From a virus, in IMG/VR virus record IMGVR_UViG_3300042673_002211, positions 9,231 through 73,230 of that record: a DNA stretch of 64,000 nucleotides. One strand, written 5' to 3'. A model generated the notes under the pieces. The model saw only the letters and a list, made by a program, of their open reading frames with translations, did no database searches and had not been told where the DNA came from. The position numbers and the translations under genes are program-made. Shown here one piece after another: positions 29,105 to 40,673 of this stretch. Every line of letters begins with the position of its first letter. The first letter of the stretch is position 1.

Positions 29105-30942
29105 TGAGTTATAAATCTTGTTTTGTTCAACCCCTTAAGGATAAAAACTATAAAGTTCACTTATGGGATGATGGTGGTTATCAAACATTTACGTGGCAAT
29201 ACTCTGCTTATCTAGAGTGCGATAGTCATGATGCTGATAAAAACATTAGAGGACTTAAACAAGAATCTCTTCGTAAAATAAACGGATGGGATAAAGACAA
29301 TCCTAAATTACATTTTCACGATATGAGACCTTACCAAAGGTTTTTAATCGATATGTACGGGACAAATGACGAGCCTTCCGTAACCCACCAAGAAGTATTC
29401 TTTGATATCGAATGTGAAATGGGAGGAGCGCTTACAGAAGACTATATTCGAAGTGCTCCAAAACCAATCACCTCAATAGCTTGGTGGCACAAGCAAAAAG
29501 ACGAATGGAAAATTCTTATTTTAGATAAAAAAGGTGAGCTACAACAAGATAAAGAGGGTAACAGAGAGATTATTCCTGTTAAAACAGAAAAAGCCTTACT
29601 TGAGGCATTCATAACACACCTCCGCGAAATTAATCCGGATATACTAGTTGGTTACAATAGCGATTACTTTGATATTCCTTACCTATACTACCGTATTTGT
29701 AATGTATTTGATAAAGAAGTAGCAAACATGCTGTCTCCAATCGGAATTGTAATGGATGAATCCGAATGGAATAGAGACGGTTGGCTTAAAATTGCGGGTA
29801 TCGAGTCTTTAGACTACATGAAATTCCATAAAAAGTTTAGCTTTAAGGACGAACCATCATATAAGCTAGATGCGTTAGGAAAAAAGTACGTAAACATGGA
29901 AAAAATTACGTACGAGGGTAGTTTGGATCGTTTATTCAAAGAAGATAAACAAAAGTTTATAGCCTATAACTTTAGGGACGTAGAGATTTTAAAGGCATTG
30001 GACGAGAAATTCCAATACCTACCTTTGATAAAAAACCTAGCACATAAAGGTAAAATCAACTATTCAGACGTCTATAAAAATAGTATGATCCATGACGGAG
30101 CTATTTCAGCTTACTTATTATCTCAAGGTATTATACCTCCTCCAAGAGATAGAAACCCTATTATTAAAAAGAATTACGCAGGTGGTTACTTGTTTTGCCC
30201 TAAAGCAGGACTATATAAGTATATGTTTGACGAGGATTTAACCTCGCTATACCCTTCTATTATTAGGTCTTTAAATATTGGTAAGGAAACGTTAGTGGCT
30301 CGGATTTTAATTCCGGATGAGAAAGTAGTAGTAGAAAATAAAGAGATTTTTAATTGCAGGTACGGGTTAAATGATCTAATGAAAATGGATCCTAATCTTG
30401 AGTTTACGGTTCAAAATGCTAAACGTAAAACCATGCAGATGAAAGTCTATGAGATTATAAATCTAATTAGGGAATCTGGATTAGCGGTCTCGGCAAACGG
30501 GGTTTTATATAGAACAGATTTTGATTCGGTACTTAAAACGATTTTGGCAAAATGGTTTGACGAGAGAGTCGTCTACAAAGATAAAATGAAGCAAGCCTAC
30601 AAAGCGGGCAACAAAGCAGACGGTGAAAAATTTCACTTGATGCAACATACCATGAAAATCCTTTTGAACTCTCTATACGGGGCTACAGCTTTGGGTTCAT
30701 TTAGATATGGTAACGTAATTTTGAGTGAAAGTATTACTTTATCTGGTCAACGGATTATCCAGGAATCAGCTTTGTTTGCTAACACTCATATGAATAAAGT
30801 AATGAAGGGAGAAATAGAATTTTCTCAATCCCCCCAACCCAAATATCAAGAATCTGGTTCAATTCCAAATGAATTAAAAGAAACAATTTGGGATGAGAAT
30901 AGTAAAAATTTTAGAAATTTAGCAACACACAATTTTGGATAA
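29104..30942 (+). CDS. Family-B DNA polymerase, N-terminal part (exonuclease plus motifs A and B)
   Basis: ExoI FDIECE, ExoII YNSDYFD, ExoIII YNFRDV, DLTSLYPS, KILLNSLYG; motif C absent. Confidence 0.92.
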   Translation: MSYKSCFVQPLKDKNYKVHLWDDGGYQTFTWQYSAYLECDSHDADKNIRGLKQESLRKINGWDKDNPKLHFHDMRPYQRFLIDMYGTNDEPSVTHQEVFFDIECEMGGALTEDYIRSAPKPITSIAWWHKQKDEWKILILDKKGELQQDKEGNREIIPVKTEKALLEAFITHLREINPDILVGYNSDYFDIPYLYYRICNVFDKEVANMLSPIGIVMDESEWNRDGWLKIAGIESLDYMKFHKKFSFKDEPSYKLDALGKKYVNMEKITYEGSLDRLFKEDKQKFIAYNFRDVEILKALDEKFQYLPLIKNLAHKGKINYSDVYKNSMIHDGAISAYLLSQGIIPPPRDRNPIIKKNYAGGYLFCPKAGLYKYMFDEDLTSLYPSIIRSLNIGKETLVARILIPDEKVVVENKEIFNCRYGLNDLMKMDPNLEFTVQNAKRKTMQMKVYEIINLIRESGLAVSANGVLYRTDFDSVLKTILAKWFDERVVYKDKMKQAYKAGNKADGEKFHLMQHTMKILLNSLYGATALGSFRYGNVILSESITLSGQRIIQESALFANTHMNKVMKGEIEFSQSPQPKYQESGSIPNELKETIWDENSKNFRNLATHNFG

Positions 30943-30963
30943 TAAAAATAAAATAACACTATA

Positions 30964-31227
30964 ATGGAAAATAAAATTTCAAAACAAACAATCAGATCAG
31001 GAGTATCTATTTTTTTATTAGATGAAAAACTTGATAAAGATACTATCATCAGTAAATCTGAAAAATGGTCAGATAAAGAGATATTATTCTTTAGGAAAAT
31101 GCTTAGACAAGGGGGGCGCTTTAGTATTAAAGGAGAAAAATTCTATATTACTGTTCCCGAACAAATCTATAACCAAAAAGGTGAGATTGAAGGAGTATTC
31201 CATAATGAAGAGGAAAGCAACTCTTGA
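30964..31227 (+). CDS. Hypothetical protein between the PolB halves
   Basis: ATG ORF with A-rich leader. Confidence 0.65.
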   Translation: MENKISKQTIRSGVSIFLLDEKLDKDTIISKSEKWSDKEILFFRKMLRQGGRFSIKGEKFYITVPEQIYNQKGEIEGVFHNEEESNS

Positions 31228-31429
31228 TCTACACAGAGTTAAACACGCTGATGTTGAGGATAAGTTGATTGATTTTTTCTTTTGGCAAAAATTTGATTTT
31301 AAAGGGATAAATATTATAACCGGTAATTCTAAAAAAATGCAAGAAATAGTTATGGATTTCCTTGACAAATATGAATTTAAGTATTATATTTCGTCTCATA
31401 ATTTAGGAGAAATAGTAGTAGTAGGATGA
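31205..31429 (+). CDS. Stand-alone Smr-domain-like protein
   Basis: TLDLH.V...V...IITG.S...N.G matches the Smr pattern; ATG at 31205; ATGA overlap with the PolB C-terminal part. Confidence 0.7.
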   Translation: MKRKATLDLHRVKHADVEDKLIDFFFWQKFDFKGINIITGNSKKMQEIVMDFLDKYEFKYYISSHNLGEIVVVG

Positions 31430-32355
31430 TTAATTTAGAAAGTACACCTTGGTTTATTTGCAAGGAAGGGGACACTAACTATTGTGCCTACGTTGATACA
31501 GACTCCAATTATTATAATGCCGAGCCTATACTTAGACATCTTTATCCTAATTTTGATGAAATGGGTGAAGAGGAAAGAGACAACAAGCTTGAAGAAATTG
31601 CCCTTAAATATCAAGACTTAATTACGGATTATTATTCCGAAATGTCTACAGACGTATTTAACGTTCCTGTTCATCATTTTGATATGAAGACCGAATGTAT
31701 AATTCGTTCGGCTTACTTTAGAGCGACTCGAAGATATGCTCAATGGATTACTAAAAAAGAAGGTGAAGTTAAAAACGAGCTAGATATTAAAGGTCTGGAG
31801 TTTATGAAAGCTAACTTCCCACCAATTTTTGGGAAATTTTTTAATAAGATTTTAAAATCTGCTCTTACAGGTACCCAACAAGGTGAAATTGATAAATGGC
31901 TTTTAGATTTTAGAAAATATATAATGTCTAAAGAATGCGATATTGCAATTTTAGGTAACCCAACTTCGGTAAAAACCCTAAATGCTTATATTCAAAGTGC
32001 ACCTAAACCTGGAGAAATGTTTTCTTTAATTAAATCAAAAGCACCAGCTCCAGTTAAAGCAGCTATTAAATATAATGATTTATTGTCGTTTTGGGGTCTA
32101 GATAAACAACATTCTCGTATTGTACAGGGTGATAAGATTAAATGGATTTATTTAAGAGACAATCCATATAGAATTGAAGCACTTGCATTTTTAGATTTTG
32201 ATATGCCAGAAAAGATTCGTATATTATTGGATGAATATGCAGATAAACACAAATCATTTGAATCGATTTTGGAAAGTAAGCTAGAAGGTTTTTACCATGA
32301 CCTGGGTTGGTCATTAAATTTGAACCCATATAGAAATATGTTTTTTAGTTTTTAA
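31426..32355 (+). CDS. Family-B DNA polymerase, C-terminal part (motif C, thumb)
   Basis: YVDTDS, RRYAQW, LDIKGLE, GDKIKWIYL. Confidence 0.92.
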   Translation: MINLESTPWFICKEGDTNYCAYVDTDSNYYNAEPILRHLYPNFDEMGEEERDNKLEEIALKYQDLITDYYSEMSTDVFNVPVHHFDMKTECIIRSAYFRATRRYAQWITKKEGEVKNELDIKGLEFMKANFPPIFGKFFNKILKSALTGTQQGEIDKWLLDFRKYIMSKECDIAILGNPTSVKTLNAYIQSAPKPGEMFSLIKSKAPAPVKAAIKYNDLLSFWGLDKQHSRIVQGDKIKWIYLRDNPYRIEALAFLDFDMPEKIRILLDEYADKHKSFESILESKLEGFYHDLGWSLNLNPYRNMFFSF

Positions 32356-32358
32356 AAT

Positions 32359-33096
32359 ATGATAAATAAAGGAGAACTACAGTCAACTATCTCAAAATAT
32401 AATTTGGGAGGAATGATTGATGCTGTAAAATGGACAGTTCAAAATAAACATCTTACAATTAAATTTAACGCACCCACTAAGGATATGATTGGGGAGATAA
32501 CGCATACTTCTTTTGATATAGAGGATTGCGAAATTGCTATTTATAATACCTCTCAGTTAGATAAACTGTTAGCTATTACCTCGGGTGATGTTAACCTACA
32601 ATTAGAAAAAATAGGTAAAATATTTGGTAGATTAGTAATCGAGGATACAAATTATAAACTTAATTACTCACTATCTGATCTTTTATTAATCCAAAAACCA
32701 GGTACAGTAATGGACCCAGACAACTATATTGTTGAAAGTGTCCTCGAATCAGATGCTATTTCGGCTGTTATTAGGGCTAAAAATGCTCTACAAAGCGATA
32801 ACGTAAACTTTACTATCACCACAAATTTTGATGGTGAGCAGGTATTAACAATGATATTTGGTGATAACTCAACACACACACATAAGGTGGAGTATATCGT
32901 TCCTAATACGGTTATAACGGGCAACCAATATAATTTCAACACCCCATTCAATTCTGAAATGATCCGCGTTATATTCGCAAATAACAAAGATGCGAATAAA
33001 GCCTATATGAGCTTAAATATAAATGGATTGCTTAGACTTATATTTGAGGGTGATAAATGGAAAAGTACTTACTATATTATAGGAACCACTAATTAA
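32359..33096 (+). CDS. Sliding clamp (gp45/PCNA-like)
   Basis: 245 aa two-domain alpha/beta pattern, terminal STYYI, follows PolB. Confidence 0.7.
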   Translation: MINKGELQSTISKYNLGGMIDAVKWTVQNKHLTIKFNAPTKDMIGEITHTSFDIEDCEIAIYNTSQLDKLLAITSGDVNLQLEKIGKIFGRLVIEDTNYKLNYSLSDLLLIQKPGTVMDPDNYIVESVLESDAISAVIRAKNALQSDNVNFTITTNFDGEQVLTMIFGDNSTHTHKVEYIVPNTVITGNQYNFNTPFNSEMIRVIFANNKDANKAYMSLNINGLLRLIFEGDKWKSTYYIIGTTN

Positions 33097-33156
33097 TAAT
33101 ATTTATTATGGACATAAAATTGTAGCTAGGGCACAAAGTTATGTTAATGTTTAACC

Positions 33157-33173
33157 GCTGATCTTCGGACAGC
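33157..33173 (+). other. 5'-UTR hairpin with C(UUCG)G tetraloop
   Basis: GCTG-A-TC-TTCG-GA-CAGC, 16 nt before the hsp20 ATG. Confidence 0.7.
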
Positions 33174-33189
33174 ACAAATTTAAAATGAT

Positions 33190-33621
33190 ATGAGTACATT
33201 ATTTTTTGAGAGACATATCTCACCATTTGATCTCTTATTTAGAGATTTCTTTAAGTCTGAACTAGACTTTCAACCGGCTAATGAAGCCAAAATTTCCCAC
33301 CCTGTAGATATTTACGAAAATAAGGACGGACTGCATTTCGAAATTGCATGTACGGGTCTTACTAAATCTGATATTGAAATCAATATCGAAGGGGATATCC
33401 TTAAAATCAGTTATAATAAATCAAAGGACGAAACATGTTGTGAAGTAGATGATTGCAAATACATTCACAAAGGAATTGCAAAGCGTTCTTTTAATTTAGG
33501 TTATAAAGTCGCTTCCAAGTTTAATCTCCCAGAATCATCAGCTGAAATGAAAGATGGACTTCTTAAGATTTCAGTACCGTTTGCTGAAGAATCAAAACCA
33601 AAATCACTTAAAATAAAGTAA
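33190..33621 (+). CDS. Small heat-shock protein Hsp20
   Basis: PVDIYE, G..K.DI.I, YIHKGIAKRSF, AEMKDGLLKI.VP. Confidence 0.93.
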   Translation: MSTLFFERHISPFDLLFRDFFKSELDFQPANEAKISHPVDIYENKDGLHFEIACTGLTKSDIEINIEGDILKISYNKSKDETCCEVDDCKYIHKGIAKRSFNLGYKVASKFNLPESSAEMKDGLLKISVPFAEESKPKSLKIK

Positions 33622-33638
33622 TAGTTTTCGATTAAAAA

Positions 33639-33670
33639 CGTGCCCTAGCGCAATTTTGGTCGTATATTCA
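33639..33670 (+). promoter_or_regulatory. Bacteroidota-type promoter before the groES/groEL operon
   Basis: CGTG-N20-TATATTCA, with the conserved TCG before the -7 box. Confidence 0.55.
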
Positions 33671-33691
33671 CGTTATAATTAAATAAATGTT

Positions 33692-33975
33692 ATGAGGACA
33701 AAAGAATCCAAACAGTACACTCGCTATATCAAAGACCCCCTAATTGAACCATACTATATTCAATTAGATGACTATTGTTATGCGGTGCAAAAAGGTATTA
33801 CCGCTGGAGAAAGCGGTAAAGAATACCAACAAACCCTTGGATATTATACTAGTCTAAGCAATGCGCTTGAAGCCATTGCTCGAGATGAAGCTATGAGTGT
33901 CAGCTATGACACGATCCAAGAATTTATCAACACCTATAATCAAATCATGAATCGTTTAAGTAAAATCATTAAAAT

Positions 33976-33979
<4 letters not shown>
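33692..33979 (+). CDS. Hypothetical protein
   Basis: GTTATG start; coupled to groES. Confidence 0.6.
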
Positions 33980-35943
<1,964 letters not shown>

Positions 35944-35944
<1 letters not shown>

Positions 35945-36204
35945 TGGAATCCCAACAAGTAGAAAGAAATATTCAAATCGCTGAGAGAGTTCCACCTGGT
36001 GACAGGTGGAAACTCCTTAACGGTGAGAAAATTTATGATTCATTAACTGAGGTGTTAAATGCTTGGTACCAACAAGCAACCTCTAAACCTCAAGCATTTA
36101 GGCTTGAGCCTATTAATGGGAAGTTGTATATTATTACAACCGAAGAAATAGAAATTCCAAAACCTGAACCCAAGAAGTACGACCTATATGGTGATTTCGA
36201 ATAA
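35944..36204 (+). CDS. Hypothetical protein
   Basis: TAATG coupling to groEL. Confidence 0.6.
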
Positions 36205-37105
36205 AGAACATACTCTATTAGTTGAAAAATATAGATCTACTAAACTAGAGGATTATGTAGGTAACGAAAATATTAAGGCAACTATATCGAAATATTTATC
36301 ACAGAACGATATACAAAACCTAATATTCTATGGCCCACCTGGAACTGGTAAAACTACTCTTGCTAAGCTCATTGTTAATAACCTTAACTGTGACCATCTT
36401 TATATCAACGCCTCAGACGAAAGGGGAATTGAAACAATTAGGGACAAAGTGTCGGGATTTGCTTCATCGGCTTCGTTCAAACCTCTCAAGGTAATTATTT
36501 TAGATGAGGCTGATTTTTTAACTATTCAGGCTCAGGCATCACTTCGAAATGTAATCGAAACATTCTCTCGTAGTACTCGTTTTATTTTAACTTGTAACTA
36601 TATTGAGCGTATAATTGACCCTTTACAGTCAAGATGTCAGGTACTCAAAATTGTACCTCCTTCTATGAGAGAGGTAGCATCTCATATAGCAGGTATTTTA
36701 GATAATGAAAATATTGAATGGACTAAGGAAACACTAGGACCTATTGTTAAGCAATATTACCCTGATATCCGTAAAATCTTAGGTACAGCTCAGTTATCTA
36801 CCATTGATAATAAACTAGTTTTAGACAAGTCAATACTAGTATCAAATAACTATATTGAGCAAGTAATAAACGAGCTTAAAACCGGAAAAAACTGGAAAAC
36901 TATCCGTCAGATAATAGCTGACTCCAATATCAATGATTATGATGAATTATTTAAAGCGCTTTACGATAATGTTTCTACTTATGCTCCTCAGTCCGAAGGA
37001 ATGGTTACGATATACATTAATGAACATTCGTACCAAGCTAATTTTAGGATCGATAAAGAAATAAACATGATGGCTTGTATAGCCCAAATTATACAAGTGC
37101 TATGA
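36188..37105 (+). CDS. Clamp loader large subunit (gp44/RFC-like AAA+)
   Basis: VEKYR, GPPGTGKTT, INASDERGI, LDEAD, LQSRC. Confidence 0.95.
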   Translation: MVISNKEHTLLVEKYRSTKLEDYVGNENIKATISKYLSQNDIQNLIFYGPPGTGKTTLAKLIVNNLNCDHLYINASDERGIETIRDKVSGFASSASFKPLKVIILDEADFLTIQAQASLRNVIETFSRSTRFILTCNYIERIIDPLQSRCQVLKIVPPSMREVASHIAGILDNENIEWTKETLGPIVKQYYPDIRKILGTAQLSTIDNKLVLDKSILVSNNYIEQVINELKTGKNWKTIRQIIADSNINDYDELFKALYDNVSTYAPQSEGMVTIYINEHSYQANFRIDKEINMMACIAQIIQVL

Positions 37106-37287
37106 ACTACCAGGTTATAACTACTAATGATAAATTATTTAAAGTAGTTAGAATTTTAAGAGAAGATAAAGAATGGGATTTAGATATCCTAAGACAACTT
37201 TGGCATTGTAGTCATACCTTTAAAAAAGAAGGAATTATATATTTTGTAAGAGAAATAGAAGACGTAGAGTATGAAACACTTCCTTAA
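37102..37287 (+). CDS. Small hypothetical protein
   Basis: ATGA-coupled; start at 37102 preferred. Confidence 0.55.
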   Translation: MNYQVITTNDKLFKVVRILREDKEWDLDILRQLWHCSHTFKKEGIIYFVREIEDVEYETLP

Positions 37288-37477
37288 GTATACTGTAATT
37301 TGGATTAGCCAAAACCTTTCCATACCTTTCTGGATGGTTGGACACGTACACTTAAGTGTAAATATCTACCAAGACCTACACGAAATAATCGCTAGTGTAG
37401 GTATGAATTTAATAGTAGCGATTGGTTTTATAATAGATTATCTAGAACAAAGAAAAAATGGATCAACAAACCCCTAA
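37271..37477 (+). CDS. Small two-TM membrane protein
   Basis: Two hydrophobic segments. Confidence 0.55.
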   Translation: MKHFLKYTVIWISQNLSIPFWMVGHVHLSVNIYQDLHEIIASVGMNLIVAIGFIIDYLEQRKNGSTNP

Positions 37478-37697
37478 ACTAAACATCGACCTTAAAAACA
37501 CAGAAAAAGTAGAAACACCAGACGGTAACTACGTAGTGGCTGAAGGTATTATCCTTCGTAAAGCATCTCGCTTTGCTGTGGGTACCGATAAGGATGCTCT
37601 CATCCCTATTCCAATATTTTATGATGTTAAAACCGGCGCAATTTTAAAAGAAACTCTACCAGGTGACATCAAAGACGACTACCCGGACGCTATTTGA
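37458..37697 (+). CDS. Hypothetical protein
   Basis: ORF in the clamp-loader region. Confidence 0.6.
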   Translation: MDQQTPKLNIDLKNTEKVETPDGNYVVAEGIILRKASRFAVGTDKDALIPIPIFYDVKTGAILKETLPGDIKDDYPDAI

Positions 37698-38100
37698 TTG
37701 GCTGGAGGAAATAACAGTTAAAAAAACTCTTCCGAACGATTTCAGCGAAGAGTCATGGGACTCATTCAACTCTTATATGGTTCATAGATATTTATCGATG
37801 GATATAAATTACATAGAAATTGTAAATTATGTTCAAAAGATAAATCCACAGAATAAAAAACAAATTTATACCATTTACAGAGAAATGATCCCAAAGAAAA
37901 AAGTTTGGTTAAAATATATCAAACCTAGTAAGAAACAAAGACCACCAAGTATAGCAGAATACATAGCAAAATATTATGAATGTAGTTTAGGCGAAGCCGA
38001 TCACTACATTGATATAATTCGAGAACCGGGTGTTCGACATATTTTATGGCAAATGGGAATTGATCAAAAAGAACAAGATAAATTAGTAAAAACTCTCTAA
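37663..38100 (+). CDS. Clamp loader small subunit (gp62-like)
   Basis: LFDWL..I, FNSYMVHRYLS, IPKKK.WLKY, IAKYYECS..EA. Confidence 0.8.
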   Translation: MTSKTTTRTLFDWLEEITVKKTLPNDFSEESWDSFNSYMVHRYLSMDINYIEIVNYVQKINPQNKKQIYTIYREMIPKKKVWLKYIKPSKKQRPPSIAEYIAKYYECSLGEADHYIDIIREPGVRHILWQMGIDQKEQDKLVKTL

Positions 38101-38463
38101 ATGGAAGAACAAGTAGGTTACGGAAACAACAAAGCAGTTACAGATTTCGAAAAAACATACCCTGAATTAGCATATGAATTTCAACAGATTCAAAAAGAAC
38201 AATATGAATTGTTTGCTAGTAAAATGATGGACTATGGTCTTTCAAATATTTCTTTAGGTTCTACCTTAGAAAAAGAAGAAGACATTAGTCTATCTATTAC
38301 AGGTATTTGGCTACGATGTAATGATAAGATTAATCGTTTAAAAAATATGCTTCAACGTAATGGAAAAAATTACGTTAAAGGAGAAGCAATGATTGATAGT
38401 TTTATAGACATTTCTAATTACGGGATTATAGCCCAGTTAGTTATGAAAGGTAAGTGGAAATAA
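38101..38463 (+). CDS. DUF1599 / nucleotide-modification-associated domain 1 protein
   Basis: K..DYG..N, R.NDKINRL, DS..DISNY..I. Confidence 0.75.
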   Translation: MEEQVGYGNNKAVTDFEKTYPELAYEFQQIQKEQYELFASKMMDYGLSNISLGSTLEKEEDISLSITGIWLRCNDKINRLKNMLQRNGKNYVKGEAMIDSFIDISNYGIIAQLVMKGKWK

Positions 38464-39039
38464 ATGGAACCCTGGAATAGAACAATTGTAGAAGAAAAAT
38501 ACCATTATCTTCGGAATACCCCTTCAGATATAAATGAACATTTTCCTATTATAAAATGTTACACTGAAGAATGTGAATCAGTTTTAGAATTAGGAGTTAG
38601 ATGGATAGTTGCTTCTTGGGCTTTTTTAGCTGGTAAACCTAAAGTTTATACAGGTTTTGATGTTGAACATCCATCTAAGTTTGGAGCTAGTTTAGATGAA
38701 TTAAAAAAAGGAGCTGAACAACAAGGAACCCAATTTGATTTTATCTTAGGGGATGACTTAAACCCTGAAATATACAATCAATTACCCAATTTCGATCTTA
38801 TTTTTATTGATACAGATCATACCTACCAGCAAGTAAAAAATGAGTTAGAAGTATATCATTCAAAAGCAAATAAATACCTTATGCTTCATGATACTGTTTC
38901 CTTTAGAAATGGTGGGTTTGGAGGAGATGAAAAAGGTATTTGGGCTGCTATTATGGAATTTTTATTTTACCACGAAGAATGGGAGTTGTGGGAATCATTT
39001 GCTAATAATAATGGTTTAACTATTTTAAAAAGAAAATGA
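38464..39039 (+). CDS. Class I SAM-dependent methyltransferase (Methyltransf_24-like)
   Basis: VLELGV, DLIFIDTDHTY, LHDT, NNNGLTILKR. Confidence 0.85.
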   Translation: MEPWNRTIVEEKYHYLRNTPSDINEHFPIIKCYTEECESVLELGVRWIVASWAFLAGKPKVYTGFDVEHPSKFGASLDELKKGAEQQGTQFDFILGDDLNPEIYNQLPNFDLIFIDTDHTYQQVKNELEVYHSKANKYLMLHDTVSFRNGGFGGDEKGIWAAIMEFLFYHEEWELWESFANNNGLTILKRK

Positions 39040-39671
39040 TTAGTTTTATAATCCCTACTATCTATAAATCTCCTAGATTAATTCAACTACTTTATGATTT
39101 AAATAGTTGTAATTATGTAAATGAAGTATTAGTTATAGAAGATGCTCCTAGCAATGGGATGTTAAATAATTTTGTTTTAGAAAAAGTTAAAATTATTCCT
39201 TTTACTGAAAAAAGACATTGTAATGGATCTTGGAATTATGGGATAACTCAAATTAAAAATTATTATTATGCCTTATGTAATGATGATATAAATTTTAACT
39301 CTAAAATTATCATTGATGTTATAAATTTCTATAAACAACATCCCCAAACTGGTTTTATAGGAATGCACCCCAGTCAATTTGAAACACAAATTGAACCCTT
39401 TATTTATGGTTTTGAAAGAAAACTAGGTATAGAAACAGTTAATGGTTGGGGGTGTTTAATTTTTAATCATAAGTTAAATGATGTTATAATACCTAATGAT
39501 TTAAAACATTGGTGTGGTGACACTTATTATTTAAACTATAGTAAATTTCCTAATTATAGCTATTTAGGAGAAAAAATTTATACAGAAATGTCAACTTCTT
39601 TATCTTCTGAAGTACTTAAAATTGGAGAACAAGACCAAAAAACTTATATTGAAAAATACTTAAATAAATAA
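39036..39671 (+). CDS. Glycosyltransferase, GT-A / family 2-like
   Basis: SFIIPT, WNYG, NDDI. Confidence 0.75.
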   Translation: MISFIIPTIYKSPRLIQLLYDLNSCNYVNEVLVIEDAPSNGMLNNFVLEKVKIIPFTEKRHCNGSWNYGITQIKNYYYALCNDDINFNSKIIIDVINFYKQHPQTGFIGMHPSQFETQIEPFIYGFERKLGIETVNGWGCLIFNHKLNDVIIPNDLKHWCGDTYYLNYSKFPNYSYLGEKIYTEMSTSLSSEVLKIGEQDQKTYIEKYLNK

Positions 39672-39674
39672 GTT

Positions 39675-40625
39675 TTGGCTAAAAAGAAAATACCCTCCAT
39701 AGTTAAGGAAGTACAACGATTCACACCTCCTGAAATTAACTATAGCTTTCAAAAGCAAATCTCATTTAGTCAGTTCTCTATGTTTGAGAGCTGCCCCCAT
39801 AAATGGTCACTGCAATATAGAGATGGGCATTATACGTCGGAAGTATCGATTCATATGACATTTGGTACAGCAATGCACACGGTATTGCAAGACTATTTAA
39901 CTGCGTTTTATAACGTGAGTAAAACAGCAGCGGATCAAATTAATTTAGAGGAGCAATTTGAAGAAAAACTTAGAGAAGGATATAAAGCTGATTATGAACG
40001 AAATAAAAAGGAACATTTTTCATCGTCTAAGGAAATAAGAGAATTTTATGAAGATGGTTTAAGTATTCTTTCTTGGTTTAAGAAAAATAAGGGTAAATAT
40101 TTTAGTAAAAGAGGTTGGTGGCTAGTAGGGATTGAAGTACCTATTATTCTTCAACCAAACCCTCTTTACCAAAATCTATATTATAAAGGATTTTTAGATG
40201 TTGTTTTGTATAATGAAACACTAAATAAAATAAAGATTATAGATATTAAAACTTCAACTCGAGGTTGGAGAGATAAAGAAAAAAATGACGAGGTAAAAAT
40301 GATGCAGCTAATTCTCTATAAGAAATTTTTTAGTGAATTATACGGGTTTCCCATTGATGATATTAATATCGAATATTTTATTGTTAAACGAAAATTACAC
40401 GGGAACCCTGAATTCCCAGACCCTAGAGTACAAACTTACATACCAGCTTCTGGTAAAATAAAACTTAATAAAACAACAAAACGTTTTCAAGAGTTTATAG
40501 AAATGGCTTTCAATAAAGATGGTACCCATAATATGGGACCTCAATTAAAAAATCCCTCAAAATACAATTGCACATACTGTTTATTTAAAAATAATAAAGA
40601 ATTGTGCGATAAAGGATTATCTTAA
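39675..40625 (+). CDS. PD-(D/E)XK exonuclease (RecB/Cas4-like)
   Basis: ISFSQ...CP, FGTAMH, E, GFLD, IIDIKTS, QL.LY, C-terminal C..C...C cluster. Confidence 0.88.
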   Translation: MAKKKIPSIVKEVQRFTPPEINYSFQKQISFSQFSMFESCPHKWSLQYRDGHYTSEVSIHMTFGTAMHTVLQDYLTAFYNVSKTAADQINLEEQFEEKLREGYKADYERNKKEHFSSSKEIREFYEDGLSILSWFKKNKGKYFSKRGWWLVGIEVPIILQPNPLYQNLYYKGFLDVVLYNETLNKIKIIDIKTSTRGWRDKEKNDEVKMMQLILYKKFFSELYGFPIDDINIEYFIVKRKLHGNPEFPDPRVQTYIPASGKIKLNKTTKRFQEFIEMAFNKDGTHNMGPQLKNPSKYNCTYCLFKNNKELCDKGLS

Positions 40626-40673
40626 ATAATCCCAATATATTTATATATGTTATATTAATTAAAAAACAATGTT

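Larger units (their letters stand above)
33116..33657 (+). repeat. Inverted repeat bracketing hsp20 (33116-33134 and 33640-33657)
   Basis: AAAATTGTAGCTAGGGCAC versus GTGCCCTAGCGCAATTTT: 10-bp perfect core plus 7 bp, one G-U pair and one bulge. Confidence 0.8.

Noticed and set aside
30800-31500. Intein or group I intron interrupting PolB
   Set aside because: No Cys/Ser...His-Asn splice termini, no homing endonuclease, and no intron core recognisable by eye; the gap is filled by two ordinary ORFs. RT-PCR would be needed to exclude splicing fully.
33116-33657. Insertion-sequence terminal inverted repeats or an invertible segment around hsp20
   Set aside because: No transposase or invertase, no target duplication seen, and the mismatches are RNA-compatible (G-U, bulge).
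39675-40625. Cas4 of a CRISPR system
   Set aside because: No array or other cas genes; stand-alone nucleases of this type are common in phage recombination modules.
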